Source: Convolutriloba macropyga
Taxonomy: Eukaryota
Assembly (NCBI RefSeq): GCF_964194025.1
Contig: NC_134468.1
Coordinates: 68,386,001-68,450,000 of the forward strand
Direction: 5' to 3'
DNA: 64,000 nucleotides
The stretch's first letter is position 1; each line of letters opens with the position of its first letter. Under the pieces are notes generated by a model. It had not been told where the DNA came from. It searched no databases and saw only the letters and a program-made list of their open reading frames with translations. The translations under genes and the position numbers were made by a program. This document shows positions 1 to 13,407 of the stretch, piece by piece.

Positions 1-872
1 TAGTATTAAAACATTGGGTGATTACATTCTTGTTTATCCAGTTTCAAGAACATTAGCAGCTTAACTCATTTGCAAGTGTCCCATAGGATCATACTACCCT
101 CAGCGACATAGTAAATTAGGAATGTAACCAATGGATTGCGGCAGAGGTGCAAAATAGCAAGCAGTCAGGAAAATTTGAAGTCTTTTACAAAAAAAAGAAC
201 TTTCTTGGTTGTAGCTGTATAAACTCCCCCATACCTTGAGATTCCATTATTGCTCATTCTTTTATTTCTGAGGATATCAAAATTTGGCTCGAACAGCATT
301 GCATCTCAATTGCCATCGGTGAACAATGTTTCTGTAAAACACAAATTGTTTTGCAGATTTTCAATATAATGGGATTCAAGAAATGTGCTCTAAGATGGTA
401 GTCAATTATAATACTTACGATGTAAACGATAATTTCAAGGTACAAAGAAAGTCAATTTTATCATTGTTCAGATTCACTTGAGTTGTCTTTTGTCCCATTA
501 CCATTTTTATGTGCTACAATAATTTAGCCATTTGAAGATCTTAGGCTCCTGGGATCTAAGCCTTGACTGATTAGTTCTCGCCTAATTACTAGTGGCTTCT
601 CTCCTAGTCCAACTTCCTCTTTATAGAGTTGTCGACTGAGAGTGATCAGATGCGTGAATGTTTTGACTTTCTTTGCTGATAAGAGCAGGGGTTTTTCTGT
701 AAATTGTTTGAAATTTTTAGACGGTTTGTACGTTTTCTGTCATTCAAAATTTGGCCACGTCGAATAATGTCCTTGACTACAGTCTCTAATTCAAGATGTG
801 CTAATATTTTTAAAGATTAGCAGGAAAATGTTTGTGACAATCCCTTGGGATCTTTTCGCTGCTTTCAAGTAC

Positions 873-1150
873 TCATCGGGATCTGATTGCATCTGTAGTT
901 TCAACAGGAATCGCCATCTGCAATAATTTTTCCTGCAGCTTTTTATATATCAAACGGTTGACATGGTTGGCCTTTGCAGCCTTGGAGGTAGTTGGAGCTT
1001 TGATTTTTTGTACAGTTTCCTTTGAAATGTTCGAAGTCTCCTTGAACCTTCCGTAAAGTTTTCCACAATGCTCTCCGGCACGACAGTGGCGATGTTGATG
1101 CCAAACTCCTGAGCAATGGTCCTCATGACGTTGCACTCTAGCTTCTTTTA
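873..1150 (-). pseudogene. Possible pogo/Tigger-like transposase N-terminal helix-turn-helix remnant
   Basis: An alternative minus-strand frame at ~1150-1075 reads KKLECNVMRTIAQEFGINIATVV, resembling an HTH_psq/CENP-B-type motif. No DDE domain recognised. Confidence 0.25.
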
Positions 1151-1589
1151 CAGCCGCTCGAATTTAAAAATTTATCGATTCGTGCAACTCTTGGTGATGA
1201 TTACGCCAAAGGCCTGTGAGGAATTTTATAGTCAGACCGTACTTCAATGAAAAATATTTTTGATTTGTTGACAAAATCCAGAATATTTTTAACCCGCTGT
1301 TACGTTTAGCGAAAGACTAAAGGGAAATGAAGTAAAATTACAACGAAGTAGTTAAAATTTTTTTTCAGTTAAAATCACATTTGCAACGTTCTAAGTACAT
1401 CTATTAAAAAAAAACTTTCAATCTGTTTTAAGGAGGCTTTGAATATTCGCGTTAAGATATTTTTAGATCCTGAAAGGAATTTTCTGTTTTCATTCCTATG
1501 TGTTGTTTTCCTCGTTAACGTTGGCAAAATTTTGAATTAACATGCATTCGAAGAATTTTGGATTTTCGAAAGTCAAATTTTTTGCATTT

Positions 1590-1720
1590 GAACTAGGATT
1601 GAATGTCAAATCAAGCCTCCGGTACTCGTCGCCCTTTTTAGTTGCGGATTCAGTTTTTTAATGTAGGTCGCTTCAATTGTCATTAGTTTGTGGTTGTTTT
1701 GAATACAGTGTTGCACTTCT
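1590..1720 (-). mobile_element. Penelope-like element 3' remnant (GIY-YIG endonuclease C-terminus)
   Basis: Minus strand reads KLMTIEATYIKKLNPQLK and, after a frameshift, DEYRRLDLTF. This matches the E-x-x-x-I-x-x-x-x-P-x-L-N tail of Penelope GIY-YIG domains. Confidence 0.55.
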
Positions 1721-1784
1721 ATCAACCCCGGAACAGGCATAAAGAATAGCCCATCTAATACTATGCGCTGTACCACAGTGTGGT

Positions 1785-1912
1785 TGTAACACGTATATAA
1801 AAAAAATGTACGAAAAACCTTGGGTTTCAAGGTTCAAGATTTAATTTAAAACTTGATTTATTACCTGATTTTTGGCTGACACAACTTTGATAGGTGTCAG
1901 AAATGAAAATAG
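1785..1912 (+). repeat. 5' LTR, truncated (joined directly to an RT fragment)
   Basis: 1785-1912 aligns by eye with 36228-36240 plus 37086-37200 (shared GGTTTCAAGG, TTTAAAACTTGATTTATTACCTGA, TGGCTGACACAA). Confidence 0.75.
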
Positions 1913-2455
1913 ATGGCTCTAGATGACGTTATCGTTTTGGGAAGAAATTTTGACGAACATCTGAAACTGGCTTTCAAACGTTTAGCGGAGAATGGAGTAA
2001 ATATTAAGGGATCAAAATGCAATTTTTTTCCAAAAACGTGTAAGCTTCTTGATGCACATTGTATCCGAGAAAGGAGACGAGTTCAACCCAGAGAAAGTAA
2101 GAGCGGTAGAAAGAACGAAAGGACCATCATCCCTGAAGGATGTCAGGGCCTTTCTAGGCCTTGCGGGCTATTATCGGAAATTTGTTCTGGGTTTCGGAAA
2201 AACAGCAGAACCTGTTTACAGTTTACTGAATAAGTTGAATAAGTAAAATAAAATTAAATGGAGTACAGAGCGCAAAAATGAGGTAACCGAGTTTAAAAAG
2301 AAGCTTTGGACGCCCAGTTTTAGGATATCCAAACGATAGGGACCCGTATACATTAACTACGGATGCTTCATTGACAGGAATTGGAGCAGATCTTACCCAA
2401 AAGCAAGGAACGGAGAACAGAGTTATTGCATATGCTAGCAAAACTCTGAGTAAAA
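1913..2455 (+). pseudogene. pol: Gypsy RT C-terminus / RNase H N-terminus fragment
   Basis: LDDVIVLG, PEKVRAV, DVRAFLGLAGYYRKFV, YTLTTDASLTGIGA, VIAYASKTL; frameshifted. Confidence 0.9.
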
Positions 2456-2594
2456 GACTTAAAATACAATATTGAACTTCGAATTTTTTGATTTCATGTA
2501 AAAAAAAAACAGTTTCAATAAGATTCAAAGCTGCTGAGTTAGAGTGTCGAATAGTAGTTCGGTTTTTGAACATAATTTTTGAAATAATTTGAAA

Positions 2595-3648
2595 AACAGC
2601 AGCTTTTAAATAAAATACTGATGGCGCGGCACTCCGCAAAAACGCTGTTAATGGAGCCTTTTACGAGTTCGAATGATTTCGAAATTTTTGTTTCTTTCTT
2701 TGAGCTTTTGTCACAACTTCAGAAGTGGCAAAGAAAAAAAAACAGTAAACGGCGCCAACAATGAAATTGATGAACGGCCGCATTATTTTGCATTAAGGCT
2801 ACAAAAAACGGCTATTGATTTTTATCGTGCACTTTTGGAGGACACTAGGAAGAACTATGATGAGACTGTAAAAGTTTTCAGACAACATTAAAATGAGAAC
2901 CCTATTGTTTTCCGGTAGGCTAGCTAGGAGAGTCCAGCAGCCGGGTGAAAAAATAACAGAGTTTCTCCGTGATTTGCAAACTTTAGCATTGAAAGCGTAC
3001 CCTCAGGAGTCTATTGAGATAAGAGAACATCTCGTTTTGAGGGGATTCCTCGAAAGCTTAGAAAATGGTCTGGTGCGACTCGACCTGAGAAAGAACTTGG
3101 GTGACGCGGATATGACTTTAGACAAAGCTTTTGAAAGAGCACTACATATTGAAGCTGTCACGAGAATTGAGGAGGAGGACAATGAGCAGCGAGTTTCTGC
3201 CATCCAGTCGAATGAAAACACTCATTAGTTAGTTCGATTAACGATTTAGTGCGAACACTGCAGATTAACCAATCTAACTTGCAAGATAATCCAAAGTGGT
3301 CATCGCAAGAAGCGAGGCCAAAAGTATCTGCGCAGAAGTGAGAGTAGTTCAAGAGGAACCTGCGATAGAAATAGAAACTATAATAGCTATAACAGAGGCA
3401 GCGCTGATAATAGACGAACGAATTACGACAAGAGAGCGCGATCGCCAACACCAGGAGGCAAGAACAGATGCCAAGATCGGTCGCATGAGAGTCGTGCCGA
3501 GCAGTCAAAGACAACGTTGAATTTTGAGAGAAAAAATGTCGCCGTGCGCTGTCAGCGAAATCATGCACCTAAGGAATGCGAGAATTGTTTTGAATGTGGG
3601 AGTCCAAATGAATTCAAACAAAATTGCCCGTATTTAAACGACAACTAG
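2595..3648 (+). pseudogene. gag: Gypsy gag with C-terminal zinc-knuckle remnants
   Basis: RVQQPGEKITEFLRDLQTLALKAYP and MTLDKAFERALHIEAV (retrotransposon gag-like), an R/S/N-rich linker, and CFECGSPNEFKQNCP (degenerate CX2CX4HX4C) at ~3585-3630. Confidence 0.8.
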
Positions 3649-3709
3649 CTTAAAATGGCAGTGCTTCATTTTCAGCTAGCTTTGTAAAAACTGTGGCTGA
3701 AACAGCCCA

Positions 3710-4060
3710 GTGGAGGCCTTGTTTGCAAAAATAATGATAAAAGACAAACTGATAATGGCCTTAATTGATAGTGAAATTAGTGTTAATCTTCTAAACGACA
3801 ACCTCTACCAGCAACTGGGAGAAACGAGCCACCTCAGAGTGTTCAATAAAAATATAATAGCTGCCAAAAAATGGAAAAATGCCTGTAAAAGGGTCAACAG
3901 CTATTCAGGTCCAACTTCAAAAGTTTTCATCTGAGATAACAGTTGAGTTTCTAGTGACCAAAATTGAGATAACGCTTTGTTTATTGGGCATTTAATTCTT
4001 ATATAATTTTGACTGTATTTTATAACCCCGAAAAAGCAAACACTTTTGCGGGACAATAGG
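3710..4060 (+). pseudogene. Gypsy aspartic protease, degenerate
   Basis: IMALIDSEISVNLL (degenerate LIDSG motif) and a downstream CLLG-type segment, located between gag and RT. Confidence 0.7.
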
Positions 4061-5620
4061 GAAGACATTACAATTGTCCCCATCACAACGATGTAAAAAG
4101 AATCTGTTTTTAATTGCTGCTGAGGATCACGAATTACTTCGTCGCTGCGCAGGTTTCAATAAATGCAAAATTGTCGATGAAGAAGGTATTATAACACAGC
4201 AAACAAAAATTATAGTCGAACCTATGAAAGAGTTTGATGACAAATCACATTTATTAATAGCGAGATTGCTGATTGACATGGTTCATGATGTTGCATGGGT
4301 TCAAGTTCTGGGCCCTACATTAGAACCAAAGAATTTTTTCAAAAATGCGAGAATCGCATGTGGTGAAAACATTGAAAAAATTTCAAGAGCACAACAAAAT
4401 AACCCTGACAATAATAGTAAACATAGAGATGAATTTGATTTTGAGAAGCATGTGAACGCATGTTCAATGAGCTTTTTTGTGAGGAAATGACAAAAGTGAG
4501 GTCACTTTGCGCAAAATATGAAGTAATATCTTCAAATGATATGGGCGAAATTCAATTGATATGGGATTTTGCGACCGAATTTATGATTAAAAAAACTAAA
4601 AAAGGATGCTGTGCTATTCAGACGTACATACGGCAGCATGCGTTTTGAGAAAAGAAAAGCCATGAAAAATATTGTTGAGGACTTGGAACGTGATGACTTA
4701 GTCGAACCAACACATTCCGACTGGGCAGCACCATCAATAATTTTACCAAAAATGATGGAACCTATCGCTTGGTTGTAGACTATCGTGGTATGAACAGACA
4801 AATAGAAAAAACATGCTGTCCTTTACCACCAATTAATGGGGTTATTGATTCACTGGAGGGAAACATGTACTTCACGAACATAGATCTTGTGTCGAGGTAC
4901 TTTCAGATGGCGAACGAGGACGAGAGTCAGAATTTAAGAGACTTTATTACGCTTCTGGGCTTTTATAAGTAGAAAAGACTCCCTGTGGGACAAGCGTCTG
5001 CTCCGGGTGCTTTTCAAAACCTAGTTTAGTTCATTTTTGCTGGCTTCTCTTTAGAAATGGCTCTAGTGTATCTAGATGACGTTATAGTTTTGGGAAGAAA
5101 TTTTGACCAACATCTGAAACGATTAGAACTGGCTTTCAAACGTTTAGCGGAGAATGGAGTAAAGATTAAGGGACCAAAATGCAATTTTTTTCCAAAAGCG
5201 TGTCAGCTTCTTGATGCACATTTTATCCGAGAGTGGAGACGAGTTCGACCCAGAGAAAATAAGAGCGGTAGAAAGAATGAAAGAACCATCATCCCTGAAG
5301 GATGTCAGGGCCTTTCTAGGCCTTGCGGCCTATTATCGGAAATTTGTTCTTGGTTTCGGAAAAACAGCAGAACCTCTTTACAGTTTACTGAATAAGTTGA
5401 ATAAGTAAAATAAATTTAAATGGTGTTTAAAGGGCAAAAAATGCGGTAACCGAGTTTAAAAAGAAGCTTTTAGACGCCACAGTTTTAGGATATCAAAACG
5501 ATAGAGATCCGTATACATTAACTACGGATGCTTCGTTGACAGGAATTGGAGCAGATCTTGCCCAAAAGCAAGGAACGGAGAATACAGGTATTGCATACGC
5601 TAGCAAAACTCTGAGTAAAA
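4060..5620 (+). pseudogene. pol: Gypsy PR-RT linker, reverse transcriptase and RNase H N-terminus
   Basis: VEPTHSDWAAP, VVDYRGMN, PLPPINGVIDSL, FTNIDLVSRYFQ, YLDDVIV, FLGLAAYYRKFV, TTDAS; many stops and frameshifts. Confidence 0.92.
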
Positions 5621-8600
5621 GACTTAAAATACACAATTGATCTTCAAGTTTTTTGGATTTTTTTAAGAAATAAAGCAGTGTCAATAAGATTCAAAGCTGC
5701 TGAGTCAGAGTGTCGAATAGTAGTTCGGGTTTGGAATATAGTTTTTGAAATAATTTGAAAAACAGCAGCTTTTAAATAAAACACTGATGGCGCGGCACTC
5801 CTCAAAAACGCTGTTAATGGAGTCTTTTACGGGTTCGAATGATTTCAAAAGTTATGTTTCTTTCTTTGAGCTCTTGTCGCAACTTCAGAAGTAGCAAAGA
5901 AAAAAACAGTAAACGGCGCCGAAACCGAAATTGATGAACTGCTGCATTATTCTGCAATAAGGCTACAAGAAACGGCTATTGATTTTTATTGTGCTCTTTC
6001 GGATGACACTAGGAAGAACTATGAAGAGCTATGACAATTGGGAAAACGTTACAATTGTCCCCATCATAACGAAGTAAAAAGAATCTGTTTTTAATTGCTG
6101 CTGAGGATCACGAATTAACTCGTCGCTGCGCAGGTTTCACAAAATGCAAAACTGTTGATGAAGAAGGTAACATAACACAGCAAACAGAAATTATAGTTGA
6201 ACCTAGGAAAGAGTTTGATGACAAATCACATTTTTTAATAGCGAGATTGCTGATTGACATGGTTGATGATGTCGCATGGGTTCAAGTTCTGAACCCTACA
6301 TTAGAACCAAAAAAGTTTCCAAAAATGCGAGAACCGCATGTGCTGAAAACATTGAAAAAATTTCAAGAGTACAAAAAAATAACCCTGACAATTATACAAA
6401 ACATAGCGATGAATTTGATTTTGAGAAGCATGTGATCGCATGTTCAATGAGCTTTTGCAGTGAGGAAATGACAAAAGTGAGGTCACTGTGCAAAATATGA
6501 AGTAAAATCTTCACGAAATTCAAATGGTATGGGATTTTGCGACCGAATTTATAATAAAAAAACTAAAAAAGGATGCTGTGTCATTCAGACGTACATACGG
6601 CAGCATGCGTTTTGAGAAAAGAAAAGCCATGAAATAAATTTTGAAGACTTGGAACGAGACGATTTAGTCGAACCAACACATTCCGACTGGGCAGCACCAT
6701 CAATAATTTTACCAAAAATGATGGAATCTATCGCTTGGTTGTAGACTATCATGGTATGAACAAACAAATAGAAAAAAATGCTGCCCTTTACCTGAAGTTA
6801 ATGGGGTTATTGATTCACTGGAGGGAAACATGTGCTTCACGAACATAGATCTTGTGTCGAGATACTTTCAGATGGCGATCGAGGAAGAGAGTCAGAATTT
6901 AAGAGATTTTATAACGCCTCTAGGCCTTTATAAGTAGAAAAGACTCCCTGTGGGACAAGTGTCTGCTCCGGGTGCTTTTCAACACCTAGTTGAGTTAGTT
7001 TTTGCTGGCTTCTCTTACGAAATGGCTCTAGTTCATCTAGATGACGTTATGGTTTTGGGAAGAAATTTTGACGAACATCTGAAACGACTAGAACTGGCTT
7101 TCAAACGCTTAACGGAGAATGGAGTAAAGATTAAGGGATCAAAATGCAATTTTCTTCCAAAAGCGTGTCAGCTTCTTGATGCACATTGCATCCGAGAATG
7201 GAGACAAGTTCGACCCAGAGAAAGTAAGAGCGGTAGAAAGAATGAAAGAACCATCATCCCTGAAGGATGTCAGGGCCTTTCTAGACCTTGCGGCCTATTA
7301 TCGGAACCTTGTTCTGGGTCTCGGAAAAACAGCAGAACCTCTTTACACTTTACTGAATAAGTTGAATAAGTAAAAAATATTTAAATGGTGTACAAAGGGC
7401 AAAAATGCGGTAACCGAGTTTAAAAAGAAGCTTTTAGACGCCCCAGTTTTAGGATATCCAAACGATAGAGATCCGTATACATTAACTACGGATGATTCGT
7501 TGACAGGAATTGGAGCAGATCTTACCCAAAAGCAAGGAACGGAGAACAGAGTTATTGCATATGCTAGCAAAACTCTGAGTAAAAGACTTAAAATACACAA
7601 TTGAACTTCAAGTTTTTTGGATTTTTTTAAGAAATAAAGCAGTGTCAATAAGATTCAAAGCTGCTGAGTTAGAGTTTCGAATAGTAGTTCGGGTTTGGAA
7701 TATAGTTTTTGAAATAATTTGAAAAACAGCAGCTTTTAAATAAAACACTGATGGCGCGGCACTCCTCAAAAACGCTGTTAATGGAGTCTTTTACGGGTAC
7801 GAATGATTTCAAAAGTTGTATTTCTTTCTTTCAGCTCTTGTCACAACTTCAGAAGTGGCAAAGAAAAAAAAACAGTAAACGGCGCCGAAACCGAAATTGA
7901 TGAACGGCTGCATTATTTTGCAATAAGGCTACAAGAAACGGCTATTGATTTTTATTGTGCTCTTTCGGATGACACTAGGAAGAACTGTGAGGAGCTATGA
8001 CAAATGGGAAAACATTACAATTGTCCCCATCATAACGAAGTAAAAAGAATCTGTTTTTAATTGCTGCTGAGGATCACGAATTAACTCGTCGCTGCGCAGG
8101 TTTCAATAAATGCAAAACTGTTGATGAGGAAGGTAACATAACACAGCAAACAGAAATTATAGTCGAACCTAGGAAAGAGTTTGATGACAAATCACATTTA
8201 TTAATAGCGAGATTGCTGATTGAAATGGTTGATGATGTCGCATGGGTTCAAGTTCTGAACCCTACATTAGAACCAAAATTGTTTCCAAAAATGCTAGAAT
8301 CGCATGTGCGGAAAACATTGAAAAAATTTCAAGAGTACAACAAAAATAACCCTGACAATAATACAAAACATAGCGATGATATTGATTTTGAGAAGCATCA
8401 GAGCCCATGTTCAATGAGCTTTTGTTATGAGGAAATGACAAAAGTGAGGTCAATTTGCGCAAAATATGAAGTAATATCTTCGAGATATCAAATGATATGG
8501 GATTTTGCGACCGAATTTATAATAAATAAAACAAAAGAAGGATGCTGTGCCATTCAGACGTACATACGGCAGCATGCGTTTTGAGAAAATCAAAGCCATA

Positions 8601-10269
8601 AAAAATTTTTTTGAAGACTTGGAACTAGACGATTTAGTCGAACCAACACCTTCCGACTGGGCAGCAACGTCAATAATTTTACCAAAAATAATGGAACCTA
8701 TCGCTTGGTTGTAGAATATCGTGGTATGAACAAACAAATAGAAAAAACATGCTGCCTTTTACCACCAATTAATGGGGTTATTGATTCACTGGAGGGAGAC
8801 ATGTGCTTCACGAACATAGATCTTGTGTCGAGATACTTTAAGATCGCGATCGAGGAAGACAGTCAGAATTTAAGAGCTTTTATAACGCCTCTAGGCCTGT
8901 ATAAGTAGAAAAGACTCCCTGTGGGACAAGCGTCTGCTCCTGTTGCTTTTCAGAACCTAGTTTAGTTCAATTTTGCTGGCCTCTCTTCCGACATGGCTCT
9001 AGTGTATCTAGATGACGTTATCGTTTTGGGAAGAAATTTTAACGAACATCTGAAACGATTAGAACTGGCTTTCAAACGTTTAGCGGAGAATGGAGGAAAG
9101 ATTAAGGGACCAAAATGCAATTTCTTTCCAAAAGTGTGTTAGCTTCTTGATGCACATTGTATTCGAGAGTGGAGAAGGGTTCGACCCTGAGAAGGTAAGA
9201 GCGGTAGAAAGAATGAAAGAACCATCATCCCTGAAGGATGTCAGGGCCTTTCTAGGCCTTGCGGCCTATTATCGGAAATTTGTTCTGGGTTTCGGAAAAA
9301 CAGCAGAACCTCTTTACAGTTTACTGAATAAGTTGAATAAGTAAAAAATATTTAAATGGTGTACAAAGGGCAAAAATGCGGTAACCGAGTTTAAAAAGAA
9401 GCTTTTAGACGCCCCATTTTTAGGATATCCAAACGATAGGGATCCGTATACATTAACTACGGATGCTTCGTTGACAGGAATTGGAGCAAATCTTACCCAA
9501 AAGCAAGGAAAGGAGAATAGAGGTATTGCATATGCTAGCAAAACTCTGAGTAAAAGACTTAAAATACACAATTGATCTTCAAGTTTTTTGGATTTTTTTA
9601 AGAAAAAAAGCAGTGTCAATAAGATTCAAAGGTGCTGAGTTAGAGTGTCGATTAGTAGTTCGGGTTTGGAATATAATTTTTGAAATAATTTGAAAACAGC
9701 AGCTTTTAAATAAAACACTGATGGCGCGGCACTCCTCAAAAACGCTGTTAAGGGAGTCTTTTACGGGTTCGAATGATTTCAAAAGTTATGTTTCTTTCTT
9801 TGAGCTCATGTCACAACTTCAGAAGTGGCAAAGAAAAAAAAAGTGAACGGCGCCAAAACCGAAATTGATGAACTGCTACACTATTTTGCAATAAGGCTAC
9901 AAAAAACGGCTATTGATTTTTATTGTGCACTTTGGATGACACTAGGAAGGACTATGAAGAGCTATGACAATTGGGAAAACTTTACAACTGTCCCCATCAC
10001 AACGAAGTAAAAAGAATCTGTTTTTAATTGCTGCTGAGGATCACGAATTAACTCGTCGCTGCGCTGGTTTCAATAAATGCAAAACTGTTGATGAAGAAGG
10101 TAACATAACACAAAAAAAAGAAATTGTAGTCGAACCTATGAAAGAGTTTGATGACAAATCACATTTATTAATAGCGAGATTGCTGATTGACATGGTTGAT
10201 GATGTTGCATGGGCTCAAGTTCTGAACCCTACATTAGAACCAAAATTGTTTCCAAAAATGCGAGAATCA

Positions 10270-12036
10270 GAGAAACAAATAGAAAAAACATGCCGCCCTT
10301 TACCACCAATTAATGGGGTTATTGATTCACTGGAGGGAAACATGTACTTCACGAACATAGATCTTGTGTCGAGATACTTTCAGATCGCGATCGAGGAAGA
10401 CAGTCAGAATTTAAGAGCTTTTATAACACCTCTAGGCCTGTATAAGTAGAAAAGACTCCCTCTGGGACAAGCGTCTGCTCCGGTTGCTTTTCAGAACCTA
10501 GTTTAGTTCATTTTTGCTGGCCTCTCTTACGACATGGCTCTAGTGTATCTAGATGACGTTATCGTTTTGAGAAGAAATTTTGACGAACATCTGAAACGAT
10601 TACAACTGGCTTTCAAACGTTTAGCGGAGAATGGAGTAAAAATAAAGGGATCAAAATGCAGTTTTTTTCCAAAAGCGTGTCAGCTTCTTGATGCACATTG
10701 TATCCGAGAGTGGAGACGAGTTCATCCCAGAGAAAGTAAGAGCGGTAGAAAGAATGAAAGAACCATCATCCCGGAAGGATGTCAGGGCCTTTCTAGGCCT
10801 TGTCTGCTATTATCGGAAATTTGTTCTGGGTTTTGGAAAAACAGCAGAACCTCTTTACAGTTTACTGAATAAGTTCAAAAAATTTAGATGGAGTACAGAG
10901 GGCAAAAGGCGGTAACTGAGTTTAAAAAGAAGCTTTTAGACGCCCCAGTTCTAGGATGTCCAAACTATAGGGATCCGTATACATTAACTACGGATGCTTC
11001 GTTGGCAGGAATTGGAGCAGCCCAAAAGCAAGGAACGGAGAATAGAGTTATTGCATATGCTAGCGAGTAAAAGTCAGCCAATTTATTCAACCACTCAGTG
11101 GGAATTATTTGCAATCGTTCAACATTTTACTCAACATTTTAAAAATTTTTTTAATTGGACAGCACTTTTTATTTATAACGGACCACCGGGCTCTTGTCTG
11201 GATCTATAGTTTTAGAAAACCAGACAATACGGTTGCAAGATGGATAAACTTGTGCAATTTAACTTTAAGATCAAGCATAGAGCAGGCAAAAAAATTACAC
11301 GCTGACTGTCTGTCGCGCATGAACACAGAAGACAATGAACAGAGAGCTTTTGTTAGTGGTATTGCGATGGAAGCAGGGCAAGAAAATACCGATCATGGTA
11401 GTCGAAGTTGTCAGTTAGACAAACTGCAGAGAGTGAAACTACGAGATTCGCAGCGATTTGACAAACTGCTCAAAGAAGTTTAATCCTGGGTTATAAACAA
11501 AAAAAACGGAACCACGGCAAAAAAGAAACGGAGAATCAAAGGAGTTATGGAAATACTGCGTTCAGTATACAAATCTTTGTCTCATAGAAGGGATTTTGTA
11601 TCGTAAACACCAAACAGAACCAAACTTTCAGACTGTTTACCAAATGCGTGTACCATGGGAGAGAGTGTCCAACGTGCTTGAGCTGTTGCATGACTTTCCT
11701 AGCGCAGGTCACTTCGAGATTGAGAAAAAAACCAAAGGGCTTGTGAAAAGTTTTATTGGCCGTGCATGAGAAAGGACGTAAGAAACTGGATAAGAAGCTG
11801 TTACCTGTGCCTAAAAATAAAAGGCACTAAGCAGAAAAATTATTTACTTTATGTCAAAATTATTTTGTAGTCTTTGCAGCGAAAGAGTAAATCAGAGGAC
11901 ACCAATAACGTGTTACCAGCCACAAGGGAACGCGATGATTGAAAGAAAAAAAATGGACAATAGAAGAATGTCTCTCCAAATACATTGGCCAATATCAACA
12001 TGATTGGACCAAAATTCTAGCTTTAGCGATGATGGC
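10270..12036 (+). pseudogene. pol: Gypsy RT, RNase H and integrase N-terminal half
   Basis: YLDD; TTDAS; YSTTQWELFAIV; FLFITDHRALVWI; HADCLSR; LHDFPSAGHF...FYWPCMRKDVRNWIRSCYLC (H2C2 zinc finger); PQGNAMIER; QHDWTKILALAMMA interrupted at 12036. Confidence 0.88.
12031..12036 (+). repeat. 6-bp target-site duplication GATGGC of the Polinton insertion (partner at 31107-31112)
   Basis: GATGGC precedes the TIR remnant at 12037 and follows the right TIR end (...ACTACT|GATGGC). Removing the insert restores the integrase reading AMMAYRS. Confidence 0.85.
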
Positions 12037-12138
12037 ACTTGTAATATATTGAGCGACACTCCGGGGGGTGAGGTCACCATGAATCCATGTATTAAGATTG
12101 GGTATAGCGTTGATCCAGGAGATAGGAGCCTCCTACAT
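12037..12138 (+). repeat. Remnant of the original left Polinton TIR (~100 bp)
   Basis: ACTTGTAATATATTGAGCGACACTCCGGGGGG...GTATTAAGATTGGGTATAGCGTTG is a diverged copy of the TIR terminus at 12609. Confidence 0.8.
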
Positions 12139-12608
12139 GCTCAGGCGCAAATTGCTTTTATCGTGTTTTATATTTTTTCAGTCGGTCATAATGGACCTTA
12201 TTAGCTTTCCTCGTCTTCATATCCTCTACCTTGAAGTTCAAATTGTTTATAATTTCCACTATTATGTACGATCCTCCTTAGAAAGAAGTAATTTTTCTTG
12301 TTTCTCCTTTTTTAACCTTTGGGTTGCAAACTAACACTTCTTCGCCAACTTTATAGCTCGGACGATACATACTGCGATCATAATAGGTCTTCTGGAGTTC
12401 TTGTTCGACATCCATATATTCTCGCATCAACTGATACGTCTCCGGTAGTTTCTGTTTCATTGTGAAAACATAGTCACTTGGTGTTGCATATATTGCGGTC
12501 TGTGGTGTGTTATAGATGCAGTCTATTGGTAGCAACAGTGGAAAACCCATTACCACATACATTGGGTTGTATTTTGATACACTATGGGTTGATGATCGAT
12601 AGGCCATC
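12139..12608 (-). pseudogene. Inverted duplicate of the Gypsy integrase C-terminus (copy of 31107-31577)
   Basis: ORF 12278..12655 (MAYRSSTHSVSKYNP...GFPLLLPID...YKVGEEVLV) is a slightly diverged copy of ORF 30976..31548 on the opposite strand. Confidence 0.9.
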
Positions 12609-13318
12609 AGTAGTAATATAGTGAGCGGCAGTCCCCGGGTGGTTGAGGTCCCCATGTATTAAGATAGGGTATAGCGTTGTTCCACGAGATAGGGGCCTCT
12701 CACATATATTAAGATAGGGTATAGGGTGCATGTATTAGGATTTGTAATAGAATCTACATGTTTTTATATTTGTTATAGTGGCTGACATGTATTAAGATTA
12801 TTTATGATCGCCGCCACGCATTAAGATTAGGATTAGACGCCGCCACGTATTAAGATTAGTAATAGCCGCCACAACGTATTAAGATTAGGAAGGTCGACAA
12901 TAGTATATAGTGAGCATAAGTGTTGGTATTTTAGGAGGGCATTCTTAATGGTCGAGAGGTTTAGTGTAATAAACATTGTAGATGAATTTTTATTGAAAAG
13001 AGGGGTAAAATTGAGTGTTATTTGTGTTTGTCTATTTAGTAACAGTTGTTGCCAGAGAAATGTTTACACACATTCTCATCACTCTCACTGTTTTAAACAC
13101 TCTCTGTGGGGAGTCAAGATGTTACCTCAGAATGTTGATTTTGATTTAGAGAAACATGTATGGTTTTTCCCTGGGGGTCCAAGGTGTTACCGCTGAGTGA
13201 TAAAATTGTAAACACTTTTTCGGTCAATTGTAAAGATTGTTCCCATAATGGTTTGGATAAATTGTGCACCAATTGTCTTTTGCGCTCTCATTAATTTGAA
13301 AAGGTTAAATGATAGAAA
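12609..13318 (+). repeat. Polinton left terminal inverted repeat
   Basis: Starts AGTAGTAATATAGTGAGCG and is the reverse complement of ~30303-31106 with scattered mismatches. Confidence 0.9.
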
Positions 13319-13407
13319 AAAATGAATTGAATTAGTATAAAATAACAGAGACAATATAAATGCAATAGTGAATTTTAAAGAATTGTGATATAGTACTTCG
13401 ATTAAAG

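Larger units (their letters stand above)
2456..11073 (+). repeat. Tandem array of Gypsy [5'UTR-gagN]-[RT-RNaseH] cassettes
   Basis: Units begin with GACTTAAAATAC at 2456, 5621, 7585 and 9556 (lengths ~3165, ~1964, ~1971, ~1517 bp). Units 2-4 share one gag/PR deletion junction; unit 4 has a further deletion at ~10270. Confidence 0.9.
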
